From: Bellilinea caldifistulae
GTDB taxonomy: Bacteria > Chloroflexota > Anaerolineae > Anaerolineales > Anaerolineaceae
Direction: 5' to 3'
Assembly (NCBI RefSeq): GCF_001306055.1
Contig: NZ_LGHJ01000007.1
Span: forward strand, 1-32,000
DNA length: 32,000 nucleotides
Shown here: piece after piece, positions 31,866 through 32,000 of the stretch
How positions within the stretch are numbered: the first letter of the stretch is position 1
How the letters are laid out: each line of letters opens with the position of its first letter
Position numbers and translations under genes: made by a program
Notes under the pieces: model-generated
Seen by the model: only the letters and a program-made list of their open reading frames with translations
The model's database searches: none
Told to the model about the DNA's origin: nothing

Positions 31866-32000
31866 TTAATCCAGAATTTTGATTTTTCTTCTAGCCCCGA
31901 AGTGATTAGAGTAAAAATCAATCATGCCCTGTAACAAAGCATTTCGGTGAGGTTTTTTATTTTTCCAACGAGGTAGAAAACTCCATGCTAACAAAGTTCG
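31866..32000 (-). CDS. 3' end (44 codons) of an unidentified gene continuing beyond the window, same strand and operon as the glycan genes
   Basis: Open minus-strand frame from the window edge: ...RTLLAWSFLPRWKNKKPHRNALLQGMIDFYSNHFGARRKIKILD, then TAA at 31868-31866. It ends 33 nt upstream of the sulfotransferase start. It is too short for the ORF track and has no recognisable motif. Confidence 0.4.
   Translation of the reverse strand, partial: RTLLAWSFLPRWKNKKPHRNALLQGMIDFYSNHFGARRKIKILD

Noticed and set aside
1-32000. Search for tRNA, rRNA, CRISPR repeats, IS elements or transposases, integrases, phage genes or canonical defence genes
   Set aside because: No spacer is long enough for, or shaped like, a tRNA. 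There are no regularly spaced direct repeats and no ORF with transposase, integrase, nuclease-helicase or other defence-type motifs. The window looks like core chromosome plus a glycan locus.

Overview
A 32-kb bacterial chromosomal segment with 27 supportable protein-coding genes. I found no rRNA, tRNA, CRISPR array, transposase or integrase. By eye the composition is uneven: the pyrophosphatase gene is clearly GC-richer and the glycan genes clearly AT-richer. The taxon cannot be fixed from sequence alone; low-complexity SBP linkers, a DUF4118-GAF kinase and a membrane PPase would fit a Chloroflexota/Anaerolineae-like organism, but that is a guess.

Layout:
- (i) 2-6863, plus strand: a peptide/nickel-family ABC importer operon (substrate-binding protein, two permeases, two ATPases) with a translationally coupled GNAT acetyltransferase.
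- (ii) 7016-9967, plus: a dCache-HAMP-PAS-GGDEF-EAL c-di-GMP signalling protein.
- (iii) 10004-12316, minus: a membrane pyrophosphatase with the K+-dependent signature and a near-consensus promoter.
- (iv) 12492-14097, plus: a small SAM methyltransferase and a DUF2270-DUF2179 fusion membrane protein.
- (v) 14102-20748, minus: a tightly packed htrA / beta-propeller / His-less CPBP / sensor kinase / OmpR-regulator string. It is preceded by a ribbon-helix-helix gene that has its own promoter and palindrome.
- (vi) 21427-32000, minus: the 3' end of a Wzy-type polysaccharide locus. It encodes a partial unknown gene, an Stf0-like sulfotransferase, three GT4s, one GT2, a Wzy-like polymerase, a GT-C enzyme, a Wzz/BY-kinase and a GmhB-like phosphatase, and it closes with a clear intrinsic terminator.

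Most interesting observations:
- The substrate-binding protein appears circularly permuted.
- The htrA-propeller-pseudoCPBP-HK-RR cassette looks like an undescribed envelope-sensing arrangement.
- The sulfotransferase-containing EPS locus predicts a sulfated polymer.

I see no canonical defence system or mobile element. All functional calls rest on motif recognition in the translations, not on database searches.
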